The position numbers and the translations under genes were made by a program. This document shows, one piece after another, positions 32,402 to 44,421 of a DNA stretch of 64,000 nucleotides. The notes under the pieces were generated by a model, which worked only from the letters and a program-made list of their open reading frames with translations, searched no databases and was not told where the DNA came from. The DNA comes from Flectonema sp. DT1601 (taxonomy: Eukaryota), in the NCBI GenBank assembly GCA_964019425.1, contig OZ025797.1, positions 124,001 to 188,000 of the forward strand. The letters run 5' to 3'. How positions within the stretch are numbered: position 1 is the stretch's first letter; each line of letters opens with the position of its first letter.

Positions 32402-35400
32402 CTACCAGGCTCTGCCTCGACCTCCCCGTCCTCTTCCGCGACGAACAAAATTACTTCCGGGTAAGACGTAATGCTGAATGACTGATTCACGATTTGTATT
32501 TGGGCGATTATAATCTTCATTGTGTTGGTCAGATTGTTTTTCAAAATGAGGTGGTTGTCTTCCATCATAGTCAGAACGAGACCGAGTTCGATAATACTCC
32601 TCATCACTGCTGTAGCTTAGTGTGTAATCCTTCCTCCTCTTTGAGACGTAGTCGCTGGAATATGACCTCCGCTTGTCTTTCTTGCGACTTTTCTTCTCTT
32701 TCTTTGACTTCTTCTTCTCCTTCTTCCTCTTCTTTTTTGCTCGTCTCTCATTTTCGCTATCAGAGTCAGTGTAGCTGGAAGCTTTCTTCTTCGGTTTGCT
32801 AGCAGTTTCTTTTTTCGATGACTTTTTCTTCTCCTTTGTTTTCTTTGGTGTTTTGTCACTTGACTTCTTAACCTTCTTTTTAGTTTTAGTTTTTTCTACA
32901 TCATCGTTGTTGTCAGAAGTTGGTTTTGTGGTCTCTACTCCAGTTGAATCATCTGGTTTAACGGTTTCAGTAATGGTAGCATCAGTTTTGATAGGTTTAT
33001 CAAGGACAGTGATTGCTTTAGGTTCCTGTGTGACGACTTCAGGAGGAGTGGTATCCTTTGTTGGTGATTGTTTTTGATCAATCTCAATGACTTCTATTTC
33101 CTTTTGTGGTAATTTAATTGAGGGATCTTCCTTTGCTGGTTTTGCAGGTTCCGAATCGGACTTCTTCTTCTCAGGCGCCTCATCAACAGTAATCCATTTA
33201 CCGCTGTCATCATCCTTTTCTTTTATTAAATTTCTTAATCGAGTTTGAAGTTCAGTTTGCTTTGCGGTTGCCTTCTTCGGTGCTAATCCAAAGTTTCCGA
33301 TACCATCTGTTGTGACAACTTGTGTTGATGTTGATGGTGCGGATTTCGTTTTGCGAGATTGTTCTCGTTTTATCAAAGCATCGATGTAGTATTTATAATA
33401 ATGTGGATAGTAGTATGTCGTTATCAGTTTATCATCATCAGATAAACCAGCTTCCTTAGCAGCATCACGTGCGGCCTGTTGTTTGGTTTGTTGTGTCTGT
33501 GATGAGAATGTTTGGAAAAAACAGGAATCATTCATACCTTAATCGCTCTTTTTGCGGCATCGTCAATCATCTCCTTACTGGGTGTTATTTTACTCTCAGT
33601 TGTCGTCTGAGGCTTCTTCTCTTGCTGCTTTGCAACAGATTTCTTCTTTGCTGCCACTTCCTTCCTGGCAGCAGCTTCAGAAGCTCTTTTCTGAGCCCGC
33701 AGTTCTTGTTTTTTCTCGACTTCTTTCTGTTCTTTCTCTTTCTCCGCAGCGAGACGAGTAGTGGCAGCTTGTTGTTGCTGCTGAGTGACGTATTGCTGTT
33801 GTTGTTGTGCAAACATTGCTGAATAATACGGTGACGGAGTTGCTTGAAAGGGTGTCGGGAATTGAGATGCAGAGAGTGGATATGCTACAGGTTGGGCTCC
33901 AGGTAAAACCGAATACGAAGTTGAAGGAGTCACTACAGGTGCAGGTACCGGAACTTTAACTTGAATCCCACCAAGTGGAGGACGTACTAAAGGGTTTTGG
34001 TACCCACCCAAGAGAGCAGGTGATGGAGTAGCTACTGGAGGTGGGTAGTATTGAGGAGGATTAGATTGTGGTACTTCCTGCCATCTTCCATTAGAAGGAC
34101 CCCAACTCCCTCCAATTGGAGGTGGTGGTCCTTTTATTGACATCCCAACAGGAACATGACCTGGTCCTGGTGGCATTTTAATTGGTAATGATCTCTGAGG
34201 TATTAAAGTATCTCCAACTAATGGAAAACGAACCCCAACAAGATCAAACAAATTGGCCAAGCGAGTAGGAAGTGGCGGAGGTCCAGGCATACCCTCAGGT
34301 ACAGGCGGAAGAGGCAAACTCGGTGCCATGTTTTGCAACCCAGTAGCAGAAGGGACGACAGATAAGAAAATGTTTTTATCTCCTGTCTTGGTAGCCAATG
34401 TTGAAACCATATTTTTATATTCAGGTTCATACATGTTTCTAATTAACGGATACGACAACATTGCTTCCCGATAAGGAAGAGCTTTCATCGTTCGTTCTGT
34501 CGGGTGGAACTGATTTTCGAACACACCGGAGTTGATAGAATTCTCAATTTGTTGAACCAACGACCTGCTACTGCTTCCCCAATTAGTTCGGAATTCCTGT
34601 TGCACTACCGGCGACGCATTAGTAAAAGCAGCATTAAAAGTCGGATACGAACTGAGGATTTCGTCAATAGGACGAGACAACAATCCACGACATCGCTGTG
34701 ACATTTGAATACCTCCAAAAATACCATCCAAGAAATGTGCTTTAATTGTATCTACAAGTTGCTTGCAATAAAGACCCCAATTTTGACAATACGTCTGCCT
34801 GACATTCGGTGGAGAAGTCTCGTAAAGTTGTTTAAATTGAGGATATTTCTTTAAAACATCATCAAAGGGTTGCGATAATAAGTTTCCCAGATCAGCGTTT
34901 ACCTCAATTGGTGGATTTTGTTTATCAAAAGTACCGTCAACGATGGCAGCTTCGACTACTCTAATCAGGGAAGAGGTACTATCAGGACCCCAAGCATGTG
35001 AGTATTCCTGTTGGACTTCTACAGGAGCAGCGCTAAACAAGTTCTTAAATAAAGGATATCTTTCTAATACTGTTCCGAAAGGAATTTTTAATAACGATTT
35101 GCATGACTCAGACATAATATTATTCGGTGGTGAGATTTCGAATGCACCTTGTTGTAAATTATTTTCAATAATTTTAATAAGTTTTGAATTCTCAGTTCCC
35201 CAACATGCTTTGTATTCTTCTCGTATTGACGCGGGAGCGTTTTGATAAATATTTCTAAAAATTGGAAATTTTGATAATACTTCATGAAGAGGACGCGATA
35301 ATATTGATCTACACCTTGGTGATAGCGCAGTACCTTCAGTATCGAAGTATCCTTTTTGAATTCCACTTTCTACGAACATAACAAGCTCGACATCGTGTGG

Positions 35401-36015
35401 TGTTTCACCCCATTTAGGTATGATTACCATCTGCTTAAATGAATCTGTAGTGTCCTCGTACATTGTGTTAAATTGTGAATTTTCTTTTAAAACTTCAAAA
35501 AGTGGTCTCGACAGGATTGATTCACACCTTGAAGATACCGTGACAGGTTTTTCTTCACCAATTGCTCCGCTCGCAACCCCATCCTCGATGAACTGAAGTA
35601 CGGTGTTATTTGTCGGTGTTTTTCCCCAATTTTGTTGGAGTTCCTTCCTGACAGACTCCGGAGTCTTATCAAACAACACCTTGAAGCCGGGAGTTGTATT
35701 ACTTAATTCTGGTATGGATTTCGACGCTAATATTTGACATCTTCTCAATGCTGCGGGAGTCAATGATGATTTCTCAAAAACCCCTTCATCAATACCTTTC
35801 TGAATAAGTGTTAATAACTCCAATAAGTCATCATCTATGTCATTAGTTTGGAGTGTTGAATTCCAAAGTTTAAGTATTATTGACGTTTTTATTCGGTCAC
35901 TTTCCTTTTCGTATATTATTTTAAATTTTGGGTATTGATCGAAGACGTCACACAATGGGGTGTTGAGTAGTTCTTCACATCGTTTTGACACATCGGGTGG
36001 TTTCTTGTATGACAT
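32402..36015 (-). CDS. Repeat-domain protein with Pro/Gln-rich, Lys-rich, RS-like and RGG regions; two exons (36015-33538, 33475-32402)
   Basis: ORFs 33532-36018 and 32402-33535 join through a 62-nt intron (KRAIK|AARDAAKE); seven ~70-aa repeats; ends RRGRGRGGRGRAW. Confidence 0.8.
33476..33537 (-). other. GT-AG intron, 62 nt
   Basis: GTATGA...CAACAAACCAAACAACAG; restores frame. Confidence 0.8.
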
Positions 36016-36068
36016 CAATATCTGTGAGGAGTGAAAAGATATTATTTATTAGATCACTACCAGCCAAT

Positions 36069-36101
36069 CAACCGTGAGACTCTCACAGACGACAAGAGAC
36101 G
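36069..36101. repeat. Repeat family B, copy 2
   Basis: CAACCGTGAGACTCTCACAGACGACAAGAGACG. Confidence 0.8.
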
Positions 36102-36340
36102 ATCAGAATAGTGTTGAATAGTATCCGTGGGGGTGGTGAATTATAATTTATAATAAATAAGTTAAACAAACTCTACCAGGCGAAGTCACGTAGTCTACGA
36201 ACGAAGTACAAAACTGAATTATTGCTATAAATCTAAATAACTAAACTAAGAGCCAAACATCATTAATTTCATAAGCTCATTAAAATACTAAAAATATCTA
36301 TTTTTTTTTATTTTTTTTTTTTTTTTTTTGTCCTCCTCTT

Positions 36341-38359
36341 CTAGAGAAATTGATGGACAGGAACGGCTCCGGAGTCCTTGCCTTCTCGATAGCCGAATAG
36401 CTTTCCCTTACGAGTTCCAAGTATTATATAGAGGTCATTTCCAAATCGAACTTCTTGGCCGGTTGTGAATCCCAATTGCTCTGCTCCATGTCGTGAAAAT
36501 CCAGCAACAGTTCCATCAGAAAGAGGATACCAATAAGTTGAAGTATCAACTCTTGTTGGGAGAGATGTCGCAGCTGCAGCTGCTCTGGTTGTTGACACAG
36601 AGAGAGAACGTGTTTTCCCTAATAAATTATTACATTGGTCAATCATACTTTCAACATCACCCGATGAACCAGATGAGACTGATGATAATCGCTGATCTCC
36701 CAACATGGGCGGTAGTGAAGTAGACAGCGACGATGGTACTCCCCGATTGTATTTATCAGTTTTATGATCTAAATCTGATTGTCGTTGTAAATCACTTTTT
36801 CGATATAACAAAACGAAATCAGTACTGGTAGTAAGAGTTCCCTTATCAACCTTATATCCTGTATCTGTTTGACATTGAACAGTGTTAACATCTCCAACTG
36901 TTGTGTGCCATGTTAATGTTCCTTTTGATTCTTGTCGTGGTCTGGCTAGTGATGCCACATCGCGAACTTCTTTGTTTGATTTACACAATTCAGTTTCTGT
37001 AGCAGCATCAGCAACAGCAACAACATGACGAGGAGGAGTCAAAGATAAAGATTCAGTTGTTGAGCTGCGACTGTCTGGAGACTGCACCCCATCACAGAAT
37101 TCTTTCTTCGATGACTCAACACATTCAGGAGATGACGACTCAGCTTTTGCACCATCATCAACATCAATACCGCTTTCAGGTGGTTTGTCACCCTCAGTTG
37201 AACTGTTGTCGTCTAAATGTTTATTTCTCGGATAATAAACTTCTTCAGTGTTGGTTTCGGCAGTTGCAAATGTTTTCTTCGGAACATCAGCCTCACGTTG
37301 TTGACCATTCCAAACTGATTCACTCCTCGGAAATGGCGGCGTTACCATCGGTGAGTAACCCCTCGAAGGACTAATACACTTAACGGGATGCATAGAAGAG
37401 AATTCTGAAGGAGATATTGATGTAGACTGATCCAACATAAAAGGACGCTTTGTGTTTTTAGACTTTTCCTTATCAAGATCTGACTTTAATATTTCTATTA
37501 GAGTTGATTGGTGTTGTAATTTTTGTTGAACTTCAAGACGCAGTGTTGATAATTCAGAACTTGGTAGCTGTTGTTCCTTCAGAGTGGCTTGTGATTCCAT
37601 CAGCCTTTGTTTGAGATCTGATATTTGCTGACGAAGAGCTGCTACTTCACTTTGATGTCTCCCTTCTCTCATGTTGTACAAAACCCTTAAGTCTTCCTCA
37701 GCTGTAATGTGAATAGCGGTTGCTGCAGCTGTGACTGTTGCTTCAGGAGGTTGATGTACCTCACTACTCGATACCTTAATCGGAGAGTCAGGTTTATGAA
37801 GATACGATTGAACCACGGGATCAGATGCTCTCAAGTTCTTTTTTATAGAACAGAGACACTTTTCATTTGGAGGTGGGTTGGGACTGATATCCACTGGCGG
37901 TACATCATAAAACTGTCTTCCAACACGTGCTATCTTTACAAGTCGTTCGGATTTATTATCAGACACTGCAATTGGAATGTCTGAGTCGTAGTTTATAAGA
38001 CATTTGAACACTTCATTAAGTATTACAAGAATGCCTTGTTGTTGTCGTTGTTTGGACTGATCTTGTTTTGGTAATAAAACGAACAAATCAGGTTGCCTTT
38101 CTATTTGTAGTAGAAGTAGATTTCCTTCTGCAGGTCCGACGTCTTCCGGTAACTCCGATGAAAAGATTCGTTTTATTTTTTTAACGGCGACCTTTCTAAT
38201 TGGTGGGGATCCCGGTTCCAGTCCACACAGTAATATCACTCGGCAAGTCACTACCACCACGACATTCTCAATTCCGGTTTCTCCCAGGGACTTCGCGTGA
38301 GACACAAACTGCGTGTGGGGAGTACAAAATCCGGACAGCTCGGGAGGTATTCCGTCCAT
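36341..38359 (-). CDS. Hypothetical protein: N-terminal PH/TH1-like beta domain, coiled coil, small C-terminal beta domain
   Basis: ATG at 38359 follows a TTTTTTTTTATCAG site; 'VVVVTCRVILLC..IRKVAVKKIKRI..LLLLQIERQPDLFV'; heptad coiled-coil region. Confidence 0.7.
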   Translation of the reverse strand: MDGIPPELSGFCTPHTQFVSHAKSLGETGIENVVVVVTCRVILLCGLEPGSPPIRKVAVKKIKRIFSSELPEDVGPAEGNLLLLQIERQPDLFVLLPKQDQSKQRQQQGILVILNEVFKCLINYDSDIPIAVSDNKSERLVKIARVGRQFYDVPPVDISPNPPPNEKCLCSIKKNLRASDPVVQSYLHKPDSPIKVSSSEVHQPPEATVTAAATAIHITAEEDLRVLYNMREGRHQSEVAALRQQISDLKQRLMESQATLKEQQLPSSELSTLRLEVQQKLQHQSTLIEILKSDLDKEKSKNTKRPFMLDQSTSISPSEFSSMHPVKCISPSRGYSPMVTPPFPRSESVWNGQQREADVPKKTFATAETNTEEVYYPRNKHLDDNSSTEGDKPPESGIDVDDGAKAESSSPECVESSKKEFCDGVQSPDSRSSTTESLSLTPPRHVVAVADAATETELCKSNKEVRDVASLARPRQESKGTLTWHTTVGDVNTVQCQTDTGYKVDKGTLTTSTDFVLLYRKSDLQRQSDLDHKTDKYNRGVPSSLSTSLPPMLGDQRLSSVSSGSSGDVESMIDQCNNLLGKTRSLSVSTTRAAAAATSLPTRVDTSTYWYPLSDGTVAGFSRHGAEQLGFTTGQEVRFGNDLYIILGTRKGKLFGYREGKDSGAVPVHQFL

Positions 38360-38481
38360 CAGTAATAGCTGCCTGATAAAAAAAAATAAATAAGAATTAC
38401 TTATTTCATTAAAACCTGACAAATGAAACCAAAGATGTCAATAATTACAGTACTTTATTTATTTGTTAACAATAACAAACC

Positions 38482-39546
38482 CTAACTACCAGTGAGTTGG
38501 TGCAACACATCCCATTCTTGAGGAAGTGGCTCGAACACCTCCTCATGATCGCGTAGCCTTTCGTTTAGTGGAAGGTCAGCAAACATATGAGGCTGTATAT
38601 TAAACCAATAATTCATCATGTACTTTTCATTTCCAGGGGGTACCGTGCAACCCGCATGATAACTATGAGGGTTAAGCTCTCCAAGCAGACCATCACTACT
38701 AAAGTGGTTATAAAACAACACGGCATCACCTGCTACTGGTTGGACTGCTATTCCTTGAGTTGGTTTGTTTTTAATTAGTTTATTACAATAATCAGTCCAG
38801 TAGTTTGTTATTTTTGAGGATTTCGCTATTGTTTCACTCGGACTCGTAAGACTTGCATATGACCACGCGTCCTCTTCTGACATGTTTGAAAAAGGAAAGA
38901 TTGTGTGACTTCCATTTGAGTTTGTTAAATAGATGACAACAGTCAAGAAACGACCTACGTAAGGATACGACATTTTTGAATTTGGAATACCCAACTGAGA
39001 TAATTTCTTTGAATCATAGTGAGGAAAATAATGATCACTCGGAACGTATCTCTGATACTGAATGGTTGCATTATGTACTAATTCAGTGGGTAGCTTTGTT
39101 ACAGCTGTTATCCTTTTATTTAAGGCTTGCAGTCCGTCCTTTGCACGGGTTGTAATCATTTTACTTGATCTCCATCCGTTGTTTGTCTGTTCACTCCCTC
39201 CGGCTAGTTTTGATGTTTTTAATACATTCTTAGTTTTTGAAATTATCCATTCCATTTCATTGCCTCTCAATAAATTTTTCAAATGTATAATTCCTGGACC
39301 TATACCAGTAGCTGTAATCGGTTCTTCTCCTTCAATTTGAATCTTTTTTATTTCATTCTTACCCACGACTATCCATTTTAAATAACCCTTTTCGCTTTCA
39401 TGAGTATCTCTCCGAAAACATAACCAACCTACCACAACGGTAATCACTGGTATGATAGCCGTAAGTACTTTCCAAACAACAGATCGACTTGTAGGTTTTG
39501 CATGCAATTTGTCAGTACTTCTTGCCTTTCGTTTTTGGCATTTCAT
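38482..39546 (-). CDS. Prolyl 4-hydroxylase alpha-like 2OG-Fe(II) dioxygenase, type II membrane anchor
   Basis: TM 'VLTAIIPVITVVVGWLCF'; 'RSS', 'YFPHYD' (HxD), 'RFLTVVIYL', 'PVAGDAVLFYN', 'SYHAGCTV..EKYMMNYW'. Confidence 0.9.
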   Translation of the reverse strand: MKCQKRKARSTDKLHAKPTSRSVVWKVLTAIIPVITVVVGWLCFRRDTHESEKGYLKWIVVGKNEIKKIQIEGEEPITATGIGPGIIHLKNLLRGNEMEWIISKTKNVLKTSKLAGGSEQTNNGWRSSKMITTRAKDGLQALNKRITAVTKLPTELVHNATIQYQRYVPSDHYFPHYDSKKLSQLGIPNSKMSYPYVGRFLTVVIYLTNSNGSHTIFPFSNMSEEDAWSYASLTSPSETIAKSSKITNYWTDYCNKLIKNKPTQGIAVQPVAGDAVLFYNHFSSDGLLGELNPHSYHAGCTVPPGNEKYMMNYWFNIQPHMFADLPLNERLRDHEEVFEPLPQEWDVLHQLTGS

Positions 39547-40546
39547 TTATTTATTTTAACTGTTACACAAAAGATTTCGCTTTTTTTTTTTAATTTCTTC
39601 GCTTTTGTAAACGTAACAAGGTGCTAGAAAGTAACCTTCTTTTTTTTTTTTTTCCAAAAAAAAAAAAAAAACAATGAGCCTATTTAGCCTATTGCGATAC
39701 AAGAAAAGGAATGGTTATTTCCGACTTCTAAGTGGATGGTTTGTAGGGTGCTAGGGAAGGAAGCCCCAAATTAGCAGGGTTCAGTAGATATGGAAAAATA
39801 TCACACAGCCGTTTGATTGATGATCGTCGCCTTTAAAAAAGATTATTACAAGCGACCGTTGGTTGATTCAAAATTTGAAGTAGAAAAAAAAAAAAGCAAC
39901 AAATAAAAAAAACAAAACCCAACACATGAAGGAATCATCATTGATCAAGTAGCTCTCAACGACTTTAGAAAAGTCTACAACTGTAAGGAAGCCAGAGATG
40001 AGAGTTACAACAACACACATACAAAAAAATAAAAGATCATCTTGTTGAGAGAGAGAGCATGTTAATCAACTTTTGAGAAAGAAGAAAACAAAAAAAAAAA
40101 CAAAAAATGAAAAATGAAAAGAAAAACGTTATTATAATTGTACTTAACTGAATGTAAATTAGACGCTGCGATGAATTTTAAATTCCATCGGCAGAAATAC
40201 CACTCGAAAAGAGCTAACCTTTCAAGGTTGTGAAACTACAGGAATTGCTGATCTTTATACTTCAACGAGAGAAAAAAGATGAGAATATAATAATAATAAT
40301 AATAATAATAATAAACAACGGGGGGATAGAAATATGTTGCAAAATGCAAGTATTAACTTGACGTATTTTCTACCCGTGACAATTGAATATCAACTATCAA
40401 CTATCAAACGGATAGCACAATTAAGTTTATTCCCTCTCTACGAGGGAGTTCAACAACATGACTAAAGGAAACAAAAGATTTTTTTTTTTTTTTTTTTTTT
40501 AAAAAACACCCCACTGCTTGAATTTACAATAAACACACAATCTTCA

Positions 40547-40577
<31 letters not shown>

Positions 40578-40951
40578 CTTACGCCGGTTTTTTTTTGCAT
40601 TCAAGAACGAAAAAGAATGGGCAGCACACGTAAACCTCCTTTAGCTTTATCAGTTAAAGTTGGTTCACGGTTTAGTGCACAAAAGAAATATCAGTGTTAT
40701 ATTATTATTTTCCGTATAGTTCAAGATAAAGCCAATTATTTATGGCATAGTTCTTTTTACTTTTTTTTTTTTTTTTTTTGTCCATCTGAGAATACTGGTA
40801 GTCTTTTAAAGTAAGGTAGTCAGAAAACAACAATACCACTCTAAAACACCAAATCTCTACACCACCCATGTTAGGAACATGTCTAACATAATACATTGCA
40901 AACATTGTCACCAGCATAGTGGACAGATTCTTTTTAGTTCTACAGAAGAGT

Positions 40952-41374
40952 CTATGATGTACTTTGAAGGTCAGCTTTAATGGGAATTGGTTCAGTCCCG
41001 GGGATCGGACCATTTGGAATATCAGATCCAACCCAAACCCTATCAGCAATGAAATCATTTTGACTCTCTTGTCCCTTACGTCCTTCAAACATTATAGCCC
41101 TTCTTTCCTTTCTAAATAGTCCTGCTGGATATCTCCAACCGTTCCAAACAAAGGCTGGGTTATTATTAGTAGACGGTGGCGGAATATTACTCTTATTATC
41201 AGAGAGAAGAGGAGGTATGTCGCAGTCATCGATAAATTCAATCTCTGGTACTCTCTCAGGAATCATTGCATTCAATTGCAACGGTACTTGAATAAAACTA
41301 CCAACAACACACAATGCCGGCATACATGTGTAGTGAGAACAAGCCGGCATTTCAGTAGGATTGATGACGTACAT
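40952..41374 (-). CDS. Small hypothetical protein or gene fragment
   Basis: 140-aa ORF with coding-like composition; possible short upstream exon (MTLFM, to ~41475). Confidence 0.4.
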   Translation of the reverse strand: MYVINPTEMPACSHYTCMPALCVVGSFIQVPLQLNAMIPERVPEIEFIDDCDIPPLLSDNKSNIPPPSTNNNPAFVWNGWRYPAGLFRKERRAIMFEGRKGQESQNDFIADRVWVGSDIPNGPIPGTEPIPIKADLQSTS

Positions 41375-42012
41375 TACTACCAGCGTCTGTATAAAAAATA
41401 CAAGTTAATATCAATACAACAGCAACTATAAGTCCATTCCGAATACAGGCGCACTGCTACCATGAACAGTGTCATAGGATAAAATAAAGAATTCTTATTT
41501 CATTCTTTTTTTTTCCTTTTTTTTCTTTTTTTATGGTTGATGATTAATTGGAACACCGTCTCTCAACAAGATGACCAACTACAACAACTTTTAGCATCGA
41601 TCTTGACAATTAATCTGATCGGATGACTGTTGAACACCATCACATAACATAACTAAGAATGAACTTTTTTTTTAACATTATTATTCAAAAAGTAAACACT
41701 TTTTAGAGGGTTTTAAAAAAAAAACAAAAAATAAATAAATATACAATAATTTTTGCAAAATTTTTGAAAACAACAGTAGCTTGTACAACTACCAAAAGAA
41801 TGGTAACTACTTTTGCTTTTTTTTTTTTTTTTTTTTTGTATTTGCAAAAAAAAAAAATAATAATATGGGGAGAAGACATGCGAAGAATCAGCGTGGCACC
41901 AGATTAGAAATGCTAACAAACTGAATCTAAAAGCAATACAAATACATTACAATAACAGATTAAGTGGGTTGGAGAAGTACATAGGGCTCTAAAAGGGTAA
42001 AAGGATAAATAA

Positions 42013-43383
42013 TTATATACTTGCACATCTATTCACTGGACTCGGTGGTAATGACTCATCGTCATCATGAATTGAAGGCGAAGGTTTATAAAGATGTGAT
42101 GAGATATTAGGAAGCATCGTTTCATTAAGATTCGTTTGCTGTGATGTTGTAGTCATGTCGAATACAGGATTAAGACCCGCATTCAGTTGACTGTTTTGAG
42201 GAGGAAACGGAGCTGCTACTGCTGAATGTTGAGAAACATGATGTCTGTTATAGGCTGAACTAACATTAGCAATTTGAACACCTGGTGACTGTTGGTGTTG
42301 ATAAGTAACTGTTGGTTGAGGTTGTCCTTCGAGAGGGTTCTTAATGTCTAGAATGCCACAGAGTTTGTGTAACTCTGATACAGGTAGTTCACCACCTACT
42401 TGTTGTTGTTGTTTATCAATTGGTTGAACATCATCTGATTTCAAGTGTCTTCCAAACTTTTCAATAATCCCATGAGCTCTAGTGTGTAAGTGTCTCAAGT
42501 AGTGAACAGTCTGCTCGTGTGCATTCGCTTCTTCCCGACGTTGGTCAAGTTGTAGAGCGTAGTCTTCGATTAGATGCATTTGAGCTTTTATCAAAGTATC
42601 CTTTTCATCCATTAGTTGTTGGATTTCTTCAACACCATTATTCTGCTGTTGTTGTTGCTGTTGTTGTTGTTGGTGTTGCTGTTGCTGAGGGTGTGGAGGT
42701 GCTTCTAAACCTGTTGAAGGTACAGCAGGACCAGGAACACCAAACTTTATACTAACTGCATTAGTCAATTCAGATAACCTTCCTCTGTATATTTGTGTTA
42801 GTGTTGGAACAAATGGTAGCATTTCAGGACAGCACTGACCATACACTCCTCTCACATACTCTTCAGCCATTACCTCAGCTGTTGTTAAAGGTGATGCTGA
42901 TGTTGGTGGAAGTAGTCCACGTTCTCTGAAGAATGAGGTTCCAAATTTCTTTTCGAGTGTTTTCATCAACCGTTCTTCCTTTCCATTCCACTCTTCCATA
43001 ACTGCTCCAACAAGATTAGATTTAGCTGGATTGAATGTGGTGTAGAATTCTTCTAAAGCGTCGTATTGAAAAAGGTAAACCTCACCACCCGGGTACCTCG
43101 ATCCGAGTTCTTGAAACATTGAAATAGATCCTTCGACACCACCTCGTTCGTGAACTATTCTATCAACAACACCTAACTTTGCGGAGTTAAATCTTCGATA
43201 GAACCAGCTTAACTTTCTCTTTACACGTCCAAAATTAGAATTCAAGTCATCAAACATTTCACTTGGTCCTAATTCTGTGATCGCACCTCCAACTGGTGCT
43301 GGTGGACTTTGTATTCCGACAGGAGTTGGATGTGGTACCATCGAAACCCCACCAGGAATTGTCCCCTGAAGATGAGGATTCAT
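42013..43383 (-). CDS. Hypothetical protein with three 'LxxFYxxFNPxK..V..i...y.G....l...L..ky'-type helical repeats, poly-Q and coiled coil
   Basis: 456-aa ORF; repeats start 'KLSWFYRRFNSAK', 'ALEEFYTTFNPAK', 'YVRGVYGQCCPEM'. Confidence 0.8.
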   Translation of the reverse strand: MNPHLQGTIPGGVSMVPHPTPVGIQSPPAPVGGAITELGPSEMFDDLNSNFGRVKRKLSWFYRRFNSAKLGVVDRIVHERGGVEGSISMFQELGSRYPGGEVYLFQYDALEEFYTTFNPAKSNLVGAVMEEWNGKEERLMKTLEKKFGTSFFRERGLLPPTSASPLTTAEVMAEEYVRGVYGQCCPEMLPFVPTLTQIYRGRLSELTNAVSIKFGVPGPAVPSTGLEAPPHPQQQQHQQQQQQQQQQNNGVEEIQQLMDEKDTLIKAQMHLIEDYALQLDQRREEANAHEQTVHYLRHLHTRAHGIIEKFGRHLKSDDVQPIDKQQQQVGGELPVSELHKLCGILDIKNPLEGQPQPTVTYQHQQSPGVQIANVSSAYNRHHVSQHSAVAAPFPPQNSQLNAGLNPVFDMTTTSQQTNLNETMLPNISSHLYKPSPSIHDDDESLPPSPVNRCASI

Positions 43384-44421
43384 GATTTCCCTTTCTGGCC
43401 CCTGTTGTGTTAAATAATTTTATAAAAATGAATGAATGAATACTCTCAGAGTTATACAAATCTTGTCCGGTCGAACTTTACAAAAGCGACTAGCTTATTC
43501 TAAAGAAACGAAAATAATAAAATACTTCTCGCACATTCACAACTCGAACAACCACCGCACTGTAGAAGAAAGGCATTCCCGAAGAGGCAACGTCAACCGA
43601 TACAGCAAAAAATGTGAAATTTTGAGTGAGTTGATGATTTCTTCCTGTTCGCAAGGAAACCGTACTCCGTACAGCCTGGCAGTGGTATTGTACAGCTGCA
43701 ACAATTCTTATACCGCACAACTAAAATACGTGTTAACATCATACCAGGATACACAAGATTCCGACCACGATAACTATATCCATGCTCCCATCTAAAAAAC
43801 TTGAAATCAACTTCACAAATATAACTTATTTTCTCAAAAAAAAAAAAAAAAAACACCTTAGTGCGGGACAATTCCTAAATAAAGGAAACTGCTTTGAGAT
43901 ACGATATGTTTGTAGAATCTTTCTTACCAATAGGGTAAGAAAACTGTGTTTAGTAACACAGATAAGCATTGCATTTTTCTATGGAGTAAGCTAACTAACG
44001 GAGGAACCTTTTTTTTCAAAAAAAAAACAGACAACAAGCAGATATATGTTTACCGAAAACACTTTGTAGAAAAAAAAAAGAAAGAAAAAAAAAAGGCTAT
44101 GATGTGAAATTCACATTCCCCGCAGTGGGGGGAGGGAGTTCTAGAGAAGTAATTTAAATAATAAAATTACTACCTTCAGACCACCGACTTGGCACGGAGG
44201 TATGGAATAGTTCTCCAAAAACACTACCATCCAAGATCGAAAGATTTAAGATCTCAAGGAAGTAATCAGTTCAAGTCTATGGTTCAAAGGGGAATAGTAA
44301 ACGAGAGGGAGGAAATAAAAAATATTCATCGCATAACTTATAAAACACAAGAGAGAAGACACACACTCCTACTACTACAGTCCCATCTTCACTAAAACAA
44401 CATAAACATAACATTGACACC

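Noticed and set aside
44176..44187. 12-nt match (TCAGACCACCGA) to the RNF123 intron insert
   Set aside because: No similarity in either flank; compatible with chance
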